Positions 51,537-64,000 of a stretch of DNA of 64,000 nt are shown here, one piece after another. How positions within the stretch are numbered: the first letter of the stretch is position 1; each line of letters begins with the position of its first letter. Source of the DNA: Paragordius varius (taxonomy: Eukaryota; Animalia; Nematomorpha); contig OZ176053.1 of assembly GCA_964247055.1 (NCBI GenBank), forward strand, positions 5,518,001 to 5,582,000, written 5' to 3'. The translations under genes and the position numbers were made by a program. The notes below the pieces were generated by a model. It saw only the letters and a program-made list of their open reading frames with translations, made no database searches and had not been told where the DNA came from.

Positions 51537-52111
51537 CACTTGGATACAACATACTCATTTTAGTCCTTCGATTCAAATTGGGGTAGTTGGATACCCCAGG
51601 CCTGTTAAAAATCAAATACTTTAAAAAGTATGGAAGCAATCGAAACTATGGCAAAATTTTGCACTTATATAACATTAATTAACCGAAATATATAAAAAAA
51701 TTTATTCAAAAATACTTGATATTACTTATTTTGAGCTAAAACTGAAAGGTTAAAATTTAGTCAACGTGACATGGGTCAAATTGTAAAATTAAAAAATATT
51801 ACAAAATAAACCGCTTTTTCTATTTCTATCAATGTTAGATGTAATTTATATAAAAAATAAGCTTTAGTTTTACCCTTAAAATTAAATGAAGACGATATAA
51901 ATTTTTTTAAAATAAAAATGGCGTCGATGTAGTTTGAGATGGAACTTTTTTTTCAAAACAAAATTTTATCAAGATATTTTGGCATATTTATATAATATTT
52001 ATCAGGATAGAAGCATAAATTTAAATTGGGACCGTTTCCTTCAGTAGTTTTTTAAAAATTTTAATTTATATTAGTCTGGGGTATTTAGATACCCCAATTC
52101 GAATCGAAGTG
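51537..52111. mobile_element. TTAA/piggyBac-type MITE with asymmetric ends, just upstream of the LARS2 coding region
   Basis: TTAA at 51533-51536, long end on the left, short end (reverse complement CACTTCGATTC) on the right followed by GTAA. Interior is the reverse complement of 12605-13200. Confidence 0.85.
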
Positions 52112-52208
52112 GTAATTACTGTTGGCATTCAGTAGCTATTTATAATGACCTCGATTTTGGAAAAAATGGCTCATAATACGCATATGACGACTTATAAATA
52201 AACTTTAA

Positions 52209-52323
52209 CACTTGGATACAACACATTCATTTCGATCAAATTGGGGAAGTTAGATACCCCAGACCTGTTTTAAATTAAATATTTAAATAGTCCAGGTTAT
52301 ATACCCTAATTTGAATCAAAGTG
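52209..52323. mobile_element. 115-bp mini-derivative of the same TTAA MITE
   Basis: TTAA|CACTTGGATACAACAC...TTGAATCAAAGTG|TTAA, with both GGGG..TACCCC motifs retained. Confidence 0.78.
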
Positions 52324-54969
52324 TTAATAAGTCCAATAAAATTTGCATACCAAAATCTAATTTATAATATATTTGGTGCGATATTATTATATAAAAAAAT
52401 ATATCACCATTCCTATATTGGTTTTGTTTTTCTACCTACCCTAAATAAACAATATCAACTTTCATCATAAGAACTCATGCCGCAGCGCACAAAAAATATC
52501 TTGAACATTTATATTTTGAGAGATTAAATCGTCAGGATTCTCATGCTTTAATTAAGAATTATAATTATATAAAAAAATATTTATCTTTTTAGATAATTAT
52601 TGCTGTCGAATGGTCGCAAAATTTAAGCACATTATACTAGATAAAAATTATTTGGTAAAATCTAGAGATTTAATTTTTTAAATGTTATACAATTACTTAA
52701 GCTTTTTTATAATCTCGTGTGATTCCAGACGTGATTCGGAATAAAGAGATAACGTTTAAATCTTTAATTTAATAATTAAGGTTATATTAATAAAAATTAT
52801 ATTTCTATGATATTAGTATGATCATGATGACAGTGGTGAAAAATTGACGGGTATACAGCTGCTTGCAAAAGTGAATAATTAAAGGAACACATTACCTAAG
52901 TCAGGCTTAATTTGATTTGTAGGTAAAAATCATATGATCAAGTAAAACTTGAAGTTCTGTAAATCCTTAAAAAAGCAAAGATCAGACTGTATTTTTAATA
53001 ATCTCCCACTAAAAAACAAGTTAATGTTTTTGGTATTAATGCTGTATTTACTATTAATTTTATAAAAGGAACTTTGATTATTATAATCTGTAACACATCG
53101 TAATTTGACTATTTGTTCTCTAACTCGTATAAAAACAGAAATAATTTATAAATTTCTTCGCTTTAATTAGCAAATTTTATTTTGGAGGATTACCAAAAAA
53201 TATATTTTGGATATTATGTTAAATTAACTATATCTGATAAATCAATAAACTGTTTGTAATAGGTCAGATGAAATCTTAATATATACCTTAAATTTATTAA
53301 AATTTTCTTCCTAACTTGATAACGATCGATTATCGCTTTAAAATTCAATGACAAAAATATCTTAAAGTGTTCAAGGTATATTTCAATTTAATTAATAAAT
53401 GTCAAATCTTCGTTTTATATAAATTCATGAACGCTTAAGGTTTTTTATTTATTATAACATTCTTGTTAAATTCATTTTAAACTAATGTGACCAGATATTT
53501 TGAACTTGGACGCGGTACAAAATTAAAACATACTTTGCCTGTTTTTACAGCATAGGTGTGGTATATAACACAGTTACCACAAAAAAATTCCACATGAAAT
53601 ATATATATATATATATATATACTGATAGGAAAATATCACATGGTGCTTTTGGTTTAAGTTTTTAGATGTGGGCCCTGCAAGTCCTAAATTTTTTGGCTCT
53701 TCTACGATCCGAGATTATGCAATAGTTTTAAATATATGTTGCTTGGATATCAACCAAATATATTTTTAAAAAATGCATACTTTCAAAAATTTGATATTTA
53801 GCAAATTTTGTTGAAGCATATTTCATACTAATTTCTGCATGATGGAAACGATATAAACGGTTGTTATAACATTTTTATATAATTCGATAATACTAATTTT
53901 TCAATCAGAATTTTGATTAAAATATTCGTTCGTTTTCAATTTTATGTTAAATAAAAATTTTGTTTTTTTACGAAAATTTACCAAAATTTGCAAGCAAACA
54001 AACCTTTAAATTAAAACTCTATGTTCAACATCATCGAATTATTAAATGGTTAGGTTTATTATATCTTAAAGCGAACCATTTCCATCATGCTTTACAATCG
54101 TAACTATTCAACAAAATATCTTGCATTTGTTGCAAAAAATAAGAAAACTAATGAACATAAAGTTTAGGAAAAAATTAAATAAAATATTAGACCTCACACC
54201 TAATGAGAATAGAAAACGTAAATCTCTTAATTTTTACCAAATAAAGGTTATTTCGAAATCATATGCCATAATAATAAATTTTAAATAATAGTTACGGAAA
54301 TAACAATTTTCTATAAAATTTTTCGTTTGATAATTTTAACAAAAAATGAACTCTCTAACCTTATTCAAACATTTATTAAAATATAATAAATTAATTTTGT
54401 TAATTTTAAATTTTGAGGCACCTCTATTTGCAGAAGCCTATGCTGAATCTTACGGTGGAGTCCGAGATTTATAGTTTTACCACTGCGCGAAAGGCTGCAA
54501 TTATAAGTGGTTTGACCGATTCTTAATCCAATTTTATGTATAATTGAGCAAAAAATAAAATATTAACCAATTAAAAATAGGCCAATCTTAGTTTTTTACC
54601 GCAAAATAAACAATATTTTTACAAATTATGGGTTTATTTTTGCAGAGCGTACTATATCAAATTCTAAAATAATTTTTTAGAAAAAAGGTAATCAATATAT
54701 AATCATAAATAATTAATTTAATTTCAAAAAGCAGTACAAAAGTGGGCGCAGTACAATCGCAGTTTTTTTCTGAAAATCCAGTACTGTACTCCAAAAAACA
54801 GCCTATCTCACATTATTTAAACGTAATGTTGATAATCAATTAAAAAATTTAATAACTTATTATATTTTACACACATCTCATTATATTTGCTAGGCTCTTA
54901 AAAAATGAGGAGCAAAATACTAAGAATCAGGAGAGATTCTCAAAGCATTCTTGGTGGACACTGTGACAG

Positions 54970-56013
54970 ATAATGGGTGAAGTGATAAAAATTTTTTTGT
55001 TGACTTAAGTTTTTCAAGTCATGGCTTGCTTTCATGTGAAAAAAATTTAACATTACACGACTTAAGTCAAGCAAGAAACTTGATTCGGAGGTGATAAAAA
55101 ATCATATGATCAAGTAAAAATTAAAGATTTTGCAAGTGTGATGCAGGGCACACTTGACAGATTTAAAAATATGGATAAAATTATTTTGTAAACTATTATG
55201 TAAAAAATTTAGGTTTTATATGTAATTCAAACCTTTGTTATGCTATAAATTGTTAATTTGATAAATTTTGGCTAATTAACCTATTCTTTGGGTGGATACA
55301 AAAGGGGATAAATTTATAGAAAAACTCTGCTAATATTTAAGAGCATGGCATATAAAAATATGCTAAATATATCAATTCCGTGGACGCAAAAAAATTTAAT
55401 TTTCGAAAATTTCTTAAAATTTATAATTAAATATTAATCTTGAAAAATTTAAAATCTTCGTTTATTAAACGCTATAGGTTACTTTACTATTAACTAATGT
55501 AAAGAATTTATTTCATCATAGATTTATTTTGAATGTAATGTTGATAATCAATTAAAAATAATAATATGATATATTGTAATAAACATCCTCCAATTATATT
55601 TGCAAATGGACTTTAAACAAAATGAGTAGTGTGGTAAAATAATGGAAAGTGTTTTAAGGGCGAATGGTTTCATCAATCTAAAAATTATTATTGGGTTCAA
55701 TATTTAAAAAACTCTATAATATTAAATAAGATACGTGCCAGTGAGTTTGAAAAACTTCAATAAATGCATATTGTATTAATTTTTTATCTTTTTGTGCCTT
55801 ATTTCATAAATTTTGGCTGAAAATGATCAAAATAATTTCCGTAAAATTCGAATTGGGTGACAAAAAAATGTTACATTCATAAGCAAAAGACATGACTTAA
55901 GTGTTTTTTTATCACCGATCTTCAAGTGTACACTTGCTGGCAAGTAAACTTGCTCAACTTGCCACGCTTGACTTACAAATCATTTGCGACTTTTTTATTA
56001 CCCCACCCAATAT
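54970..56013. mobile_element. ~1-kb non-coding DNA-transposon-like element rich in GACTTG/CAAG motifs, copy A; its 3' part is repeated at ~56150-56470
   Basis: Imperfect terminal inverted repeats ATAATGGGTGAAGTGATAAAAA / TTTTTTATTACCCCACCCAATAT. Colinear direct homolog at ~59680-60635 and a fragment at ~52830-52990. Confidence 0.6.
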
Positions 56014-56519
56014 ATCCATTTAAAAAATAAGCACAAAAATAAAAACAACTATTTCGTGATAATTCCGGTGTAACTTAGGATAAATAATAATTAGAAAATA
56101 CTCTATAAATATTATGTATTATACTTGGCATTTTACTAAACTTGTGATATAATAATAAAGTTTATTTTAAGGGCAAATGGTTTCGTCAACTTACAAATTT
56201 TGGCAACTGGCTCAATATCAAAAAAATCTCTAATAGCATATTTTATTGGTTGGTGAGTTTTTGGTGCGTTATTTCATAAATATTGGTTGAAAATGATAAA
56301 AATATTTTTCGTAAAATTGAAATTGACTGGGAAAATAAACATTTATAAGCAAAAGACTTGACTTAAGTGTTTTTTTTATTACCGATCTTCAAGTGTATAC
56401 TTGCTGGCTTAAGTTTTGCTCAACCTGCCACGCTTGACTTGCAAGTGCGCGACTTTTTTATCACACCTATATTAAACAATAATAATTGATTGATGAGTGT
56501 GCCATTGTGCTAATTAAAC

Positions 56520-56780
56520 ATGAGTCCAAATTGAGGGTAAATTGTATCCATCAGCTCTGTTAAGTAGAGCGTAATTCCTTTTTATTTCTATGGCCTAAAA
56601 TTAATTCTTTAAATGGGTCAATATTGTGTAACAATGCTGTTTTAAGTATTTGGTAACCTTCGTTGCAGACATGTTCTATTCAGAGTTAGGTTTGTTTTTA
56701 ACCTAATATTGGCCCACGTAAATTTTATTGCAAGATCAGTTAGCCTTTTATATTCCGGGATTTTGTCTTGAGGAATAGGA
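56520..56780 (-). pseudogene. Penelope-like element GIY-YIG endonuclease remnant
   Basis: Minus strand reads PIPQDKIP.. with CTTGCAATAAAATTTACGTGGG (CxCNKxYVG), then EIKRNYALLNRADGYNLPSIWT, matching the PLE C-terminal E(I)K..LNRDxG..L..IW motif. Nucleotide homology to 59492-59670. Confidence 0.72.
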
Positions 56781-56849
56781 TTACTTTTGTAAAATGATTA
56801 ATGTTTTAATATGTTTGTATATTTATTGAATATAAAATTTATTTAATAC

Positions 56850-59200
56850 AAGCAGCCCGTGGAGGTCATTCGGACTTCTTGGGGGGAAGGGGGGGTGCGC
56901 TATGTGAAAAAAGGGATCAACAAAATTGTGATCCATATATGTCGATTATTTAAAAACATTATTTAATAGTTATGATCTCATAGGATTTTCAAAACGGGTT
57001 TCATAAAATTTTTAAAACTGTGCAATCTACCAATATATTGGTTACTGATGATAACGCCCCAAAATGGCGGCTAACGGATAAAACCAATATACTATAATTT
57101 TTACCTTTTATGGGTATTATTTAAAGCCTTTATAAAACTCGTATGGTTTCTTAAGTTTTTCATTAGCTCCAAAACCCCGACATTTTTGTATGGCGTCTCA
57201 GTTTTAAACCGGTAGACCCCTACCCATAGACCTATATGGAAAAGGCACTGAGTTAATGCCTTTAGAGGGCAAATATTTGGAACCATCTTTGATACCATTG
57301 TCTCATGGATTAAAAATACCTCAACACTTAATCATTATATGATGGTGTATTTTTAGGGCATAAAGGCCCAATATTAACGGCTAATAATAAAAACGCCTGA
57401 CCTCTTTTAATGGCTCATATGACTTCATAATTTTTCTGTAAATTAACTCCGCGCAATTTCTATATAGTGGCACAGTTTTTGGCGGGTAGCTCCTTACCCT
57501 TGAGGTATAAAAAAGCGAAGGGCAAAATTTTTACCTTTATATATGGAATATCCGGAATCATCAGGTATTCCATATGTTCCTATAAGTTTTTGGAAATATT
57601 GGTTCAAAACTAAAAAAATTGTTCTATGTCGGCGCATTTTTTAGGGCGTAAAACTTTACAGAGCGACTCATTGAAATAACCCCCTATACTAAAATATTTG
57701 TATTTTAAGGGGTAATAAATATTCTGAACTGACATCTCATAGGTTTCTGAAATAGATCCAGAAGCATTTCTGATAAAATGACGCAGTTCTACACGGGTAG
57801 CCCCCTAACAAGAAATTTTTGCCTTAAATCGAATCATACCTGGAATCATGATTGATTCCATGGAAAAATTGCCTCAAAACCACAAAGTCATTCTATGGTG
57901 GCGCATTTTTCAGGGCAATGGCCTAATTAAGGGGTAATTTAATAAAACCGCTCTACTTAAATTTTTTCTTTTTTAGGGGTGATATTTCAAGCCTTTATTG
58001 AACTCATATGGCCTGATAAGTTTTCTAAAATTTGCCTCCAAAGTTACGCTGTATCGATATGGTGGCGCAGTTTTAGGCTTTTAGCCCCCTACCCAGAAGC
58101 CAATATAAAAAAGACGTTCGATAAAAAAATTTCCCTTTATAGGGAAATACCTGGAATCATCCTTCATTCCATATGTTTTTAATAGCTTTTGGAAGAATGG
58201 CTTCAAAACTAAATTTTAATGATAGAGCATTTTTAGGGCGTAAAGAGTCGAATAAACGGCTAATTTTAAAAAACCGCTCGATTTCAATTTTTGCCTTTTT
58301 ACAGGTAATATTTCAGGCCCTTATTAAACTTATATGGCCTGATAAGTTTTCTGAAAATTAACTCCTAAACAACGCAATTTCGATATGGTGACGCAGTTGT
58401 AGGCGGGTAGCCCACTACCCAAAGAAAGGCAGATACAAAAAAGCGCTTGATTAAAATTTTAGCCTTTTTACGGAGAATACCTGGAATAATGATTAATTCC
58501 ATATGCCTCATTAGTTTTCAGAAAAATTGCCTCAAACTAAAAATTCATTTTATGGTGGCGCATGTTTCCGGGCGAGGGCCTAATTAACGGCTAATTTTAA
58601 CGCACGACGACTTGTTACGAGTATTTTAAAAATCCTATTGAATTCATATGGCCTGATAGGTTTTTTGAGATTTAGTCCCAAAGGCACGCTATTTTGATAT
58701 TACGGCGCAGTTATAGCGGTTATCTACTAACCCAGCGCCAATATAAAAAACGCACGACTAAAATTTTTGCCTTTTAACAAAGAATTGGAATCCTCATTGA
58801 ATTTTTACGATCTCATACCTCGGGTGAAAAATAGATTCAAAAAATTATCTTTGTAAACTTGGTTTTACAAAATGGCTTTTTACAGGGGAGGGGAGCGGGG
58901 ACTAACTTAAAAAAGCGAGGCAACTATGTTCGGCAAAATCGAAAATAAGTAAAAAAAAATAATATTAAAAATCGAATTGTCAATTGTCTCAAAGACACGA
59001 TTTTTGTGGACTTCTGTTTTAAAAAAACATGTTTTTTAAACTGGGTGGACCCGAACTGGGGGCCTGATTCAAAAAAGGGCAAAGCTATTGTCGGGGCATT
59101 CATTAATAATTATATTTTTCGACATTTGGATTTGAATGGGTATACCGGACTTCCGAAAACAGATCACAAAACCACCATTTCCATTTTTATAATATATAGA
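56850..59200 (-). mobile_element. 2.35-kb Helitron copy with an internal tandem array of about six degenerate ~270-330-bp units; 3' hairpin/CTAG eroded
   Basis: 5' end A|TC at 59200. 58850-59200 is homologous to 3933-4290 and 56850-57000 to 4320-4445 (CCCCCCAGAAGTCCGAA.GAC). Array motifs CCTGGAATCAT (near 57277, 57552, 57840, 58151, 58481, 58786) and ACTCATATGGCCTGATAAG recur periodically. Confidence 0.8.
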
Positions 59201-59491
59201 TTTTGCCAATTTTGGCGGTAACATTTTGAATATAAGCTAAATGGATGTGGCCACAAATGTATTATTATTTTTATATTATTTTATTATGTATTTATCAAAA
59301 ATATTTTTTGAGTACCATTTAGTTCAAATGAATGTTTAAGCATTCTATATCTCACTTCTAGGTTAAATCTCATATATCGTTATCTTGTTTTTAATGTGTT
59401 AATTACTGAATGTTTTTGCGGTGGATAGTGATGTGAGTTTGCGGGTAGAGATTGATATGTTTGGGTTTTCTATATACGGTATGGTTGAGTA

Positions 59492-59670
59492 CCTATTCCT
59501 TGGACAAACTACCCGGGATTTATAAGGCTACTTGCTCTTGCAATAAAGTTTACGTGGGCGAGATATCCATTCATATTATATTAATAGAGAACAATTTATC
59601 CATCATAACCTTAGGCCTTGCAGAACTCGTCTGCATCGAAGGTCACCAAATAGTTGAAACAGACGTTTTA
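59492..59670 (+). pseudogene. Penelope-like element GIY-YIG endonuclease remnant
   Basis: In-frame DKLPGIYKATCSCNKVYVGE...GLAELVCIEGHQI matches the PLE consensus GVYxIxCxCGxxYIGET...SALAEH...GH. Confidence 0.78.
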
Positions 59671-59679
59671 CACAAAGAT

Positions 59680-60635
59680 AAAAAAAATTTTTGACATGTC
59701 TTGGAAGTTTTTCAAGTCATGGCGTGCTTTTATGTGATAAAAATTAACATTAAACGATTTTAATCAAGCAAGAAAACTTGATTTGGAGGTGATAAAAAAT
59801 CATACCATCTAGTAAAACTTAAAGCTTTTGCAAGTGTGGGGTAGGGCACACTTGAGAGATTAAAATTATGGATAATTTTGGAAGCTATTTATGTATATAA
59901 TTTAGGTTTTATATGTAATTAAAACGTTTGTATTGCTATAAAGTTTATTTGATAATTTTTGGCTAATTAACCTATTCAAATTGGGTAAAACAATAGAGGA
60001 TAAATTTTTAAAAAAACTATGCTAATATTTAAGAACAATGCATATAATAATATAAATTTATAAATTCGGTGAACATGCAAAAAAATTAATTCTCGTATCA
60101 TAAAATTTTAAATATTAATCTTGTTAAAAATTGAATCTTTGCTTTACATAAAATAATAAACGCTAAAGGCTACTTCACTATTAAACCATATAAAGAGTTT
60201 ATTTCATCTAGAATTTATTTCAAATGTAAGGTTGATAATCAATTAAAAACAATCGTATGTTATTGTACATATTCATTTGAAAATGGACCCCTAACAAAAT
60301 GAGTAGTGGGGTAAAATAATAAAGTGTTTTAAAGGCGAAATCAATACCGGGCTAAATAAGAAAAATCTATAAAAGATACCTGCCACTCAGTTTGAAAAAC
60401 TTTAATAAATGAATATTGTATTGATAGTTTATTTTTTTTTGTCTTGTTTCTTAAATTTAGACTGAAAATAATCAAAAATATTTCCGTAAAATTCGAATTG
60501 GGTGGCAAAAAAATACATTCATAAAAAGACTTGACTTAAGTGTTTTTTTGTCACCGATCTTCAAGTGTACACTTGCTGGCTTAAGAATTGCCTAACTTAC
60601 ACTTGACTTACAAGTCCACTTTTTAATCCTACCAT
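59680..60635. mobile_element. ~1-kb GACTTG/CAAG element, copy B
   Basis: Block-by-block similarity to 54985-55990, e.g. TTTTCAAGTCATGGC, CAAGCAAGAAA(A)CTTGATT, GGGCACACTTGA and CACCGATCTTCAAGTGTACACTTGCTGGC. Confidence 0.65.
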
Positions 60636-61891
60636 CCTTTGTGTGCGGCCCGCGAAAACTTTGGAATCCATAATTTGCAAAAACGTAATAATAAAATCTT
60701 AGTAAAATTGATATTTCTTAAAACAATATTTTCAAATTAGTCTATCCAAATAGAAAGAACAATAAGAAATTGTTACATTCAAATTTCATTTTATGTTTGA
60801 AATTTAATGAATTATCATGAATGGCAATATATTTTAAATGCGGCCCGCCAAATTTTTTCAGCTAAAACTGCGGCCTTCGAAGTCATTTGTGTTGGCCAAC
60901 CAATTATAACTATGTTAAAGTATATTGTTCTAAACTTTTAATTTTTAGATAAGGCTCCAAAAGCATAAAATTTTTACCCTTTCTAAATTTGGCTAGTTAA
61001 AATAAGCCCAAAAATGCCGAAATCATTGGAATTATTATTATATGCTAGATTAGCCGCGGCCCTAAAAGTGATTTTTTATGACTGTGAATTCCCTAATTTT
61101 GATTGTATGATTTAGTACATATAGGTAAGTTTGATATGTTTTTAATATTTAATATTTTATCAACTCTTTCATAAAACACATGCATTTCAATTCTTCGATT
61201 CAAATTGGTGTCGTTAGTGACCCCAAGCTTGTTTTCAAATATTTTAAAAAATATGGAATAAATTAAAACCATTGAAAATGTTTGCACACAATATAACATT
61301 GCAGAAATATAAAAATATTCGAAAAAACTTGATATTATTTATTTTATGGATAAACCTGATATGACATGCGTGCATCCGCTAAACATAAAAAAATGAAAAC
61401 TAAACCATTTTTCTGTTTATATTAATGTATGTGATTTTTAATAAATTTTAGCGTTGAATAAAATAAGCTCATTTTGCAAAAATGTTAGATAAAAATTGCG
61501 TCGAAGTAGTTTAATATGAAGCCTTTTTCATAACTAATTTTTATTTAGATATTTCAGTTTATTGGGGTAGTTTTATACACCAGAGCATTTTGAAAATTGA
61601 TTATCTTAAAAAGTATGTAAGATATTAGGCCGAATTTAGAAATATGAGGCGCATAATACAAATCATTTTTTTAAATGTAAAATTGTGAAAAATCTTCATC
61701 TCAAACTTTTTCGCCGCCATTTTCTTCAATTTTTTTACATTAAATAGGAAAATAAATCTATAATATGGTTAATGTAAATTATTAAATTTAGTAAATCAGG
61801 GTTAATTTTGCCAGCAAAAATTTGATAATCATTTTAAAATAAGCTCTTTATTTCAATCGTGTTGGAGCTGTCCCAATTTAAGATTATGAAA

Positions 61892-62090
61892 TAGTGGTAC
61901 TTAACAAAATATTTAAAGGGCCGCATAAAATATATATTTTGTATCAAGGGCCATTCTCCATAAAATACTGACAAATGTAATCTAGTTGTTTGGCACATAT
62001 GGAGAATTTATACTCTAAATAAGGGACAAAAAATAAATCAAAAAATCACGGCCATAAAAATTACTTTTAGGGCAGCGGTTTGAACCACTG
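61892..62090. mobile_element. hAT-type MITE (CAGTGGTACTCA family)
   Basis: TAGTGGTACTTA...TTGAACCACTG termini. Homologous to 41588-41798 and ~17755-17948. Confidence 0.6.
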
Positions 62091-63183
62091 CTCTGGAAGT
62101 TGTAAAAAAAAATTTTTTTTATATTACAGTAGAACAACGTTTCATAATTTTAAACTAAAGTAGCGTTAAAAAAAGTAGTTTCTCTGGGATATAAAATTCT
62201 AAGTCATCGCGGACAAAAAACTGGAAGGTCTTTTAAAATATTGACTCAGTGCATTAATCCATACAATAAGATTGTTAACTTTTATGTTAAAATATTTCAA
62301 ATATACTTAGTTGAAAAATTAATAAGTATTAAAGTGGTATATATATTATGCAATTTCCATTTATTAAGGCTAACTTAAATATTCATTTTCTTACGAAAGT
62401 CGCGTTGTAATATAATCCCTTTCAATTAAAAATTCTTAGAATATTTAACGTAAAAATGACATTAGATAGAAGGAAACGTAAAAAGTGAATGAATGCGTTC
62501 ACCATATTTTTTTCATATTACGATACCGTGTGTATTTAACGCGCACATTGTTTTCTTTTGTATTTTTTTTAATTTATCGAAAATTGCTCATCAAAATTTA
62601 AAAAGTTATATCTGATTTATCTTGGTATCCTGATTAAGGTATAATTAATAAATTAACAATATATTAAAAATTTACTTTATATATTTTTCGATTTTAATAA
62701 ATTGAAAGCGTTATGCTATTTTTGGAAATATTTCTGTACAATTTTTCAACATTCCTGTAAATTTGTATTTAGGGCCACCTCATTAATATTCATAAAATGT
62801 AGTAGTAGTAAGTACTGTAAAGGGAAAACATTTATTTTCGTTTTGAATGGTGACATTTCTAGTTCTCATGTCATGTTTTGTCAATTCTCTTTCTCATACA
62901 CATTTGTTTTTATACCAAAATATAATTATCAAAATTTTATTTTCCATATACTTATATATGTAGGTAAAAGGCACTAAACTGAATATTTAATTGAGCTTTT
63001 ACACCTTCGTTTCTTTTATAGTATGTTAGGGATGATGCAATATTTTAAACATAAAAGTTCATGGACATTTGTTGTCTGTTTGCACCCTAAATTAATTTAT
63101 TTTTTAAAGCCAACATTGTTTTATAACCAGAGATAATTTAGTTTCAGTATATTTTAATTTCTTATTTAATTAAATCTTTTTTA

Positions 63184-63185
<2 letters not shown>

Positions 63186-63243
<58 letters not shown>
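63186..63243. repeat. (TA)n microsatellite ~650 bp upstream of the SLC7 start
   Basis: About 29 AT units. Confidence 0.97.
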
Positions 63244-63246
<3 letters not shown>

Positions 63247-63888
63247 GAAGCTGGGACGTTTTGATTTTGAATTTTAATTGTATTCTTGCCAAAAAAGGGG
63301 TTATTGGTTATATAAACACCAAAGCTAAATATTAAAAATTAATTACCAAAGCCGTTTTTTTCAATCGATATGGAAAAAAGGGGGAGGGTATACGATTTAT
63401 GACCTAAGGTCATTTTTCGTGTAATCCATATACCCACACTTATATACTTTGAATGATGTAACATTTTTAATTATAACAGTTAATATGACAATGCTTATTC
63501 GAATTAAAATACTTATATATATTCATACATTGTACAAATATAGAAATTGAATGATTTAGTAGTATATATATAACATTTTTAAGCTTTATTGTGAAAAAAA
63601 AGTATGAAGTAGAGTAATTGAAATAAATTTTTTATAAAATATATCGTATAATTTTATATATAAATATACATAGATTGTAACCCATTGTTTTTGTCACAAC
63701 TCCTCTCTAATATATCCTTCCTCACCAATTGACACAACACTTGAAATCATTTTTAGTGCATTTTATAACCGGGCTGCTCAAAAACAAATTGCGCAACAAT
63801 AATAAATTTATTATAAATTTCATCTTTGGAAAAGATATATTCCACTAAAATTTAATCCTATATACATATATTATACGCGGCGACAACA

Positions 63889-63991
63889 ATGGATGATTTT
63901 GACATTAAAGAAGGGAGCGAAAAACCTATGCGATTGAAGAAGGAAGTAGGTATATTTGGTGGTACGGCTATTATTGTTGGAACTATGATAG
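63889..63991 (+). CDS. First exon of an SLC7 heteromeric (L-type / b0,+) amino-acid transporter light chain; continues past the right edge
   Basis: MDDFDIKEGSEKPMRLKKEVGIFGGTAIIVGTMI(G), then donor G|GTATGG. Matches the SLC7 TM1 motif LKKExGLxxGxxIIVGTxIGSGIF. Confidence 0.85.
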
Positions 63992-64000
63992 GTATGGAAT

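Noticed and set aside
57047-57565. CTGATGA hammerhead-like cores (57047 on +, 57558-57564 on -)
   Set aside because: No properly spaced GAAA or closing stems; these are part of the Helitron array.
57000-58850. Possible CRISPR-like repeat-spacer array
   Set aside because: Eukaryotic context, whole ~300-bp units are homologous rather than short repeats with unique spacers, and there are no cas genes.
62702-62977. 91-aa + strand ORF and weak minus-strand EIFPKIA similarity to a hAT dimerisation domain
   Set aside because: No motif support on +, the minus frame has several stops, and the similarity is too short to call.

Overview
AT-rich (roughly 25-30% GC by eye) eukaryotic genomic DNA with GT-AG spliceosomal introns and the standard genetic code. 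A caveolin gene points to an animal; the exact taxon cannot be read from the sequence. I reconstructed exon chains by hand for: the 5' part of a p68/DDX5-like DEAD-box helicase (-, runs off the left edge), an unidentified Ser/Asn-rich protein (-), LENG1 (-), a complete 17-exon neprilysin/ECE-like M13 peptidase (+), a caveolin probably carrying a ~450-aa N-terminal extension (+), mitochondrial leucyl-tRNA synthetase LARS2 with an enlarged C-terminal exon (-), and the first exon of an SLC7 amino-acid transporter (+, runs off the right edge). Introns and intergenic DNA hold many non-autonomous transposons: a Helitron family (one copy with a ~300-bp tandem array), TTAA/piggyBac-type MITEs, hAT-type MITEs, TA-flanked MITEs, a decayed Mos1-like mariner transposase and two inverted Penelope-like GIY-YIG remnants. 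The most notable features are 25-26 nt introns coexisting with kb-scale introns, the enlarged LARS2 and caveolin proteins, and the nested repeat architecture at 52-61 kb. No rRNA, tRNA or CRISPR array is supported. All coordinates were counted by hand and homologies are from remembered family motifs, not database searches.
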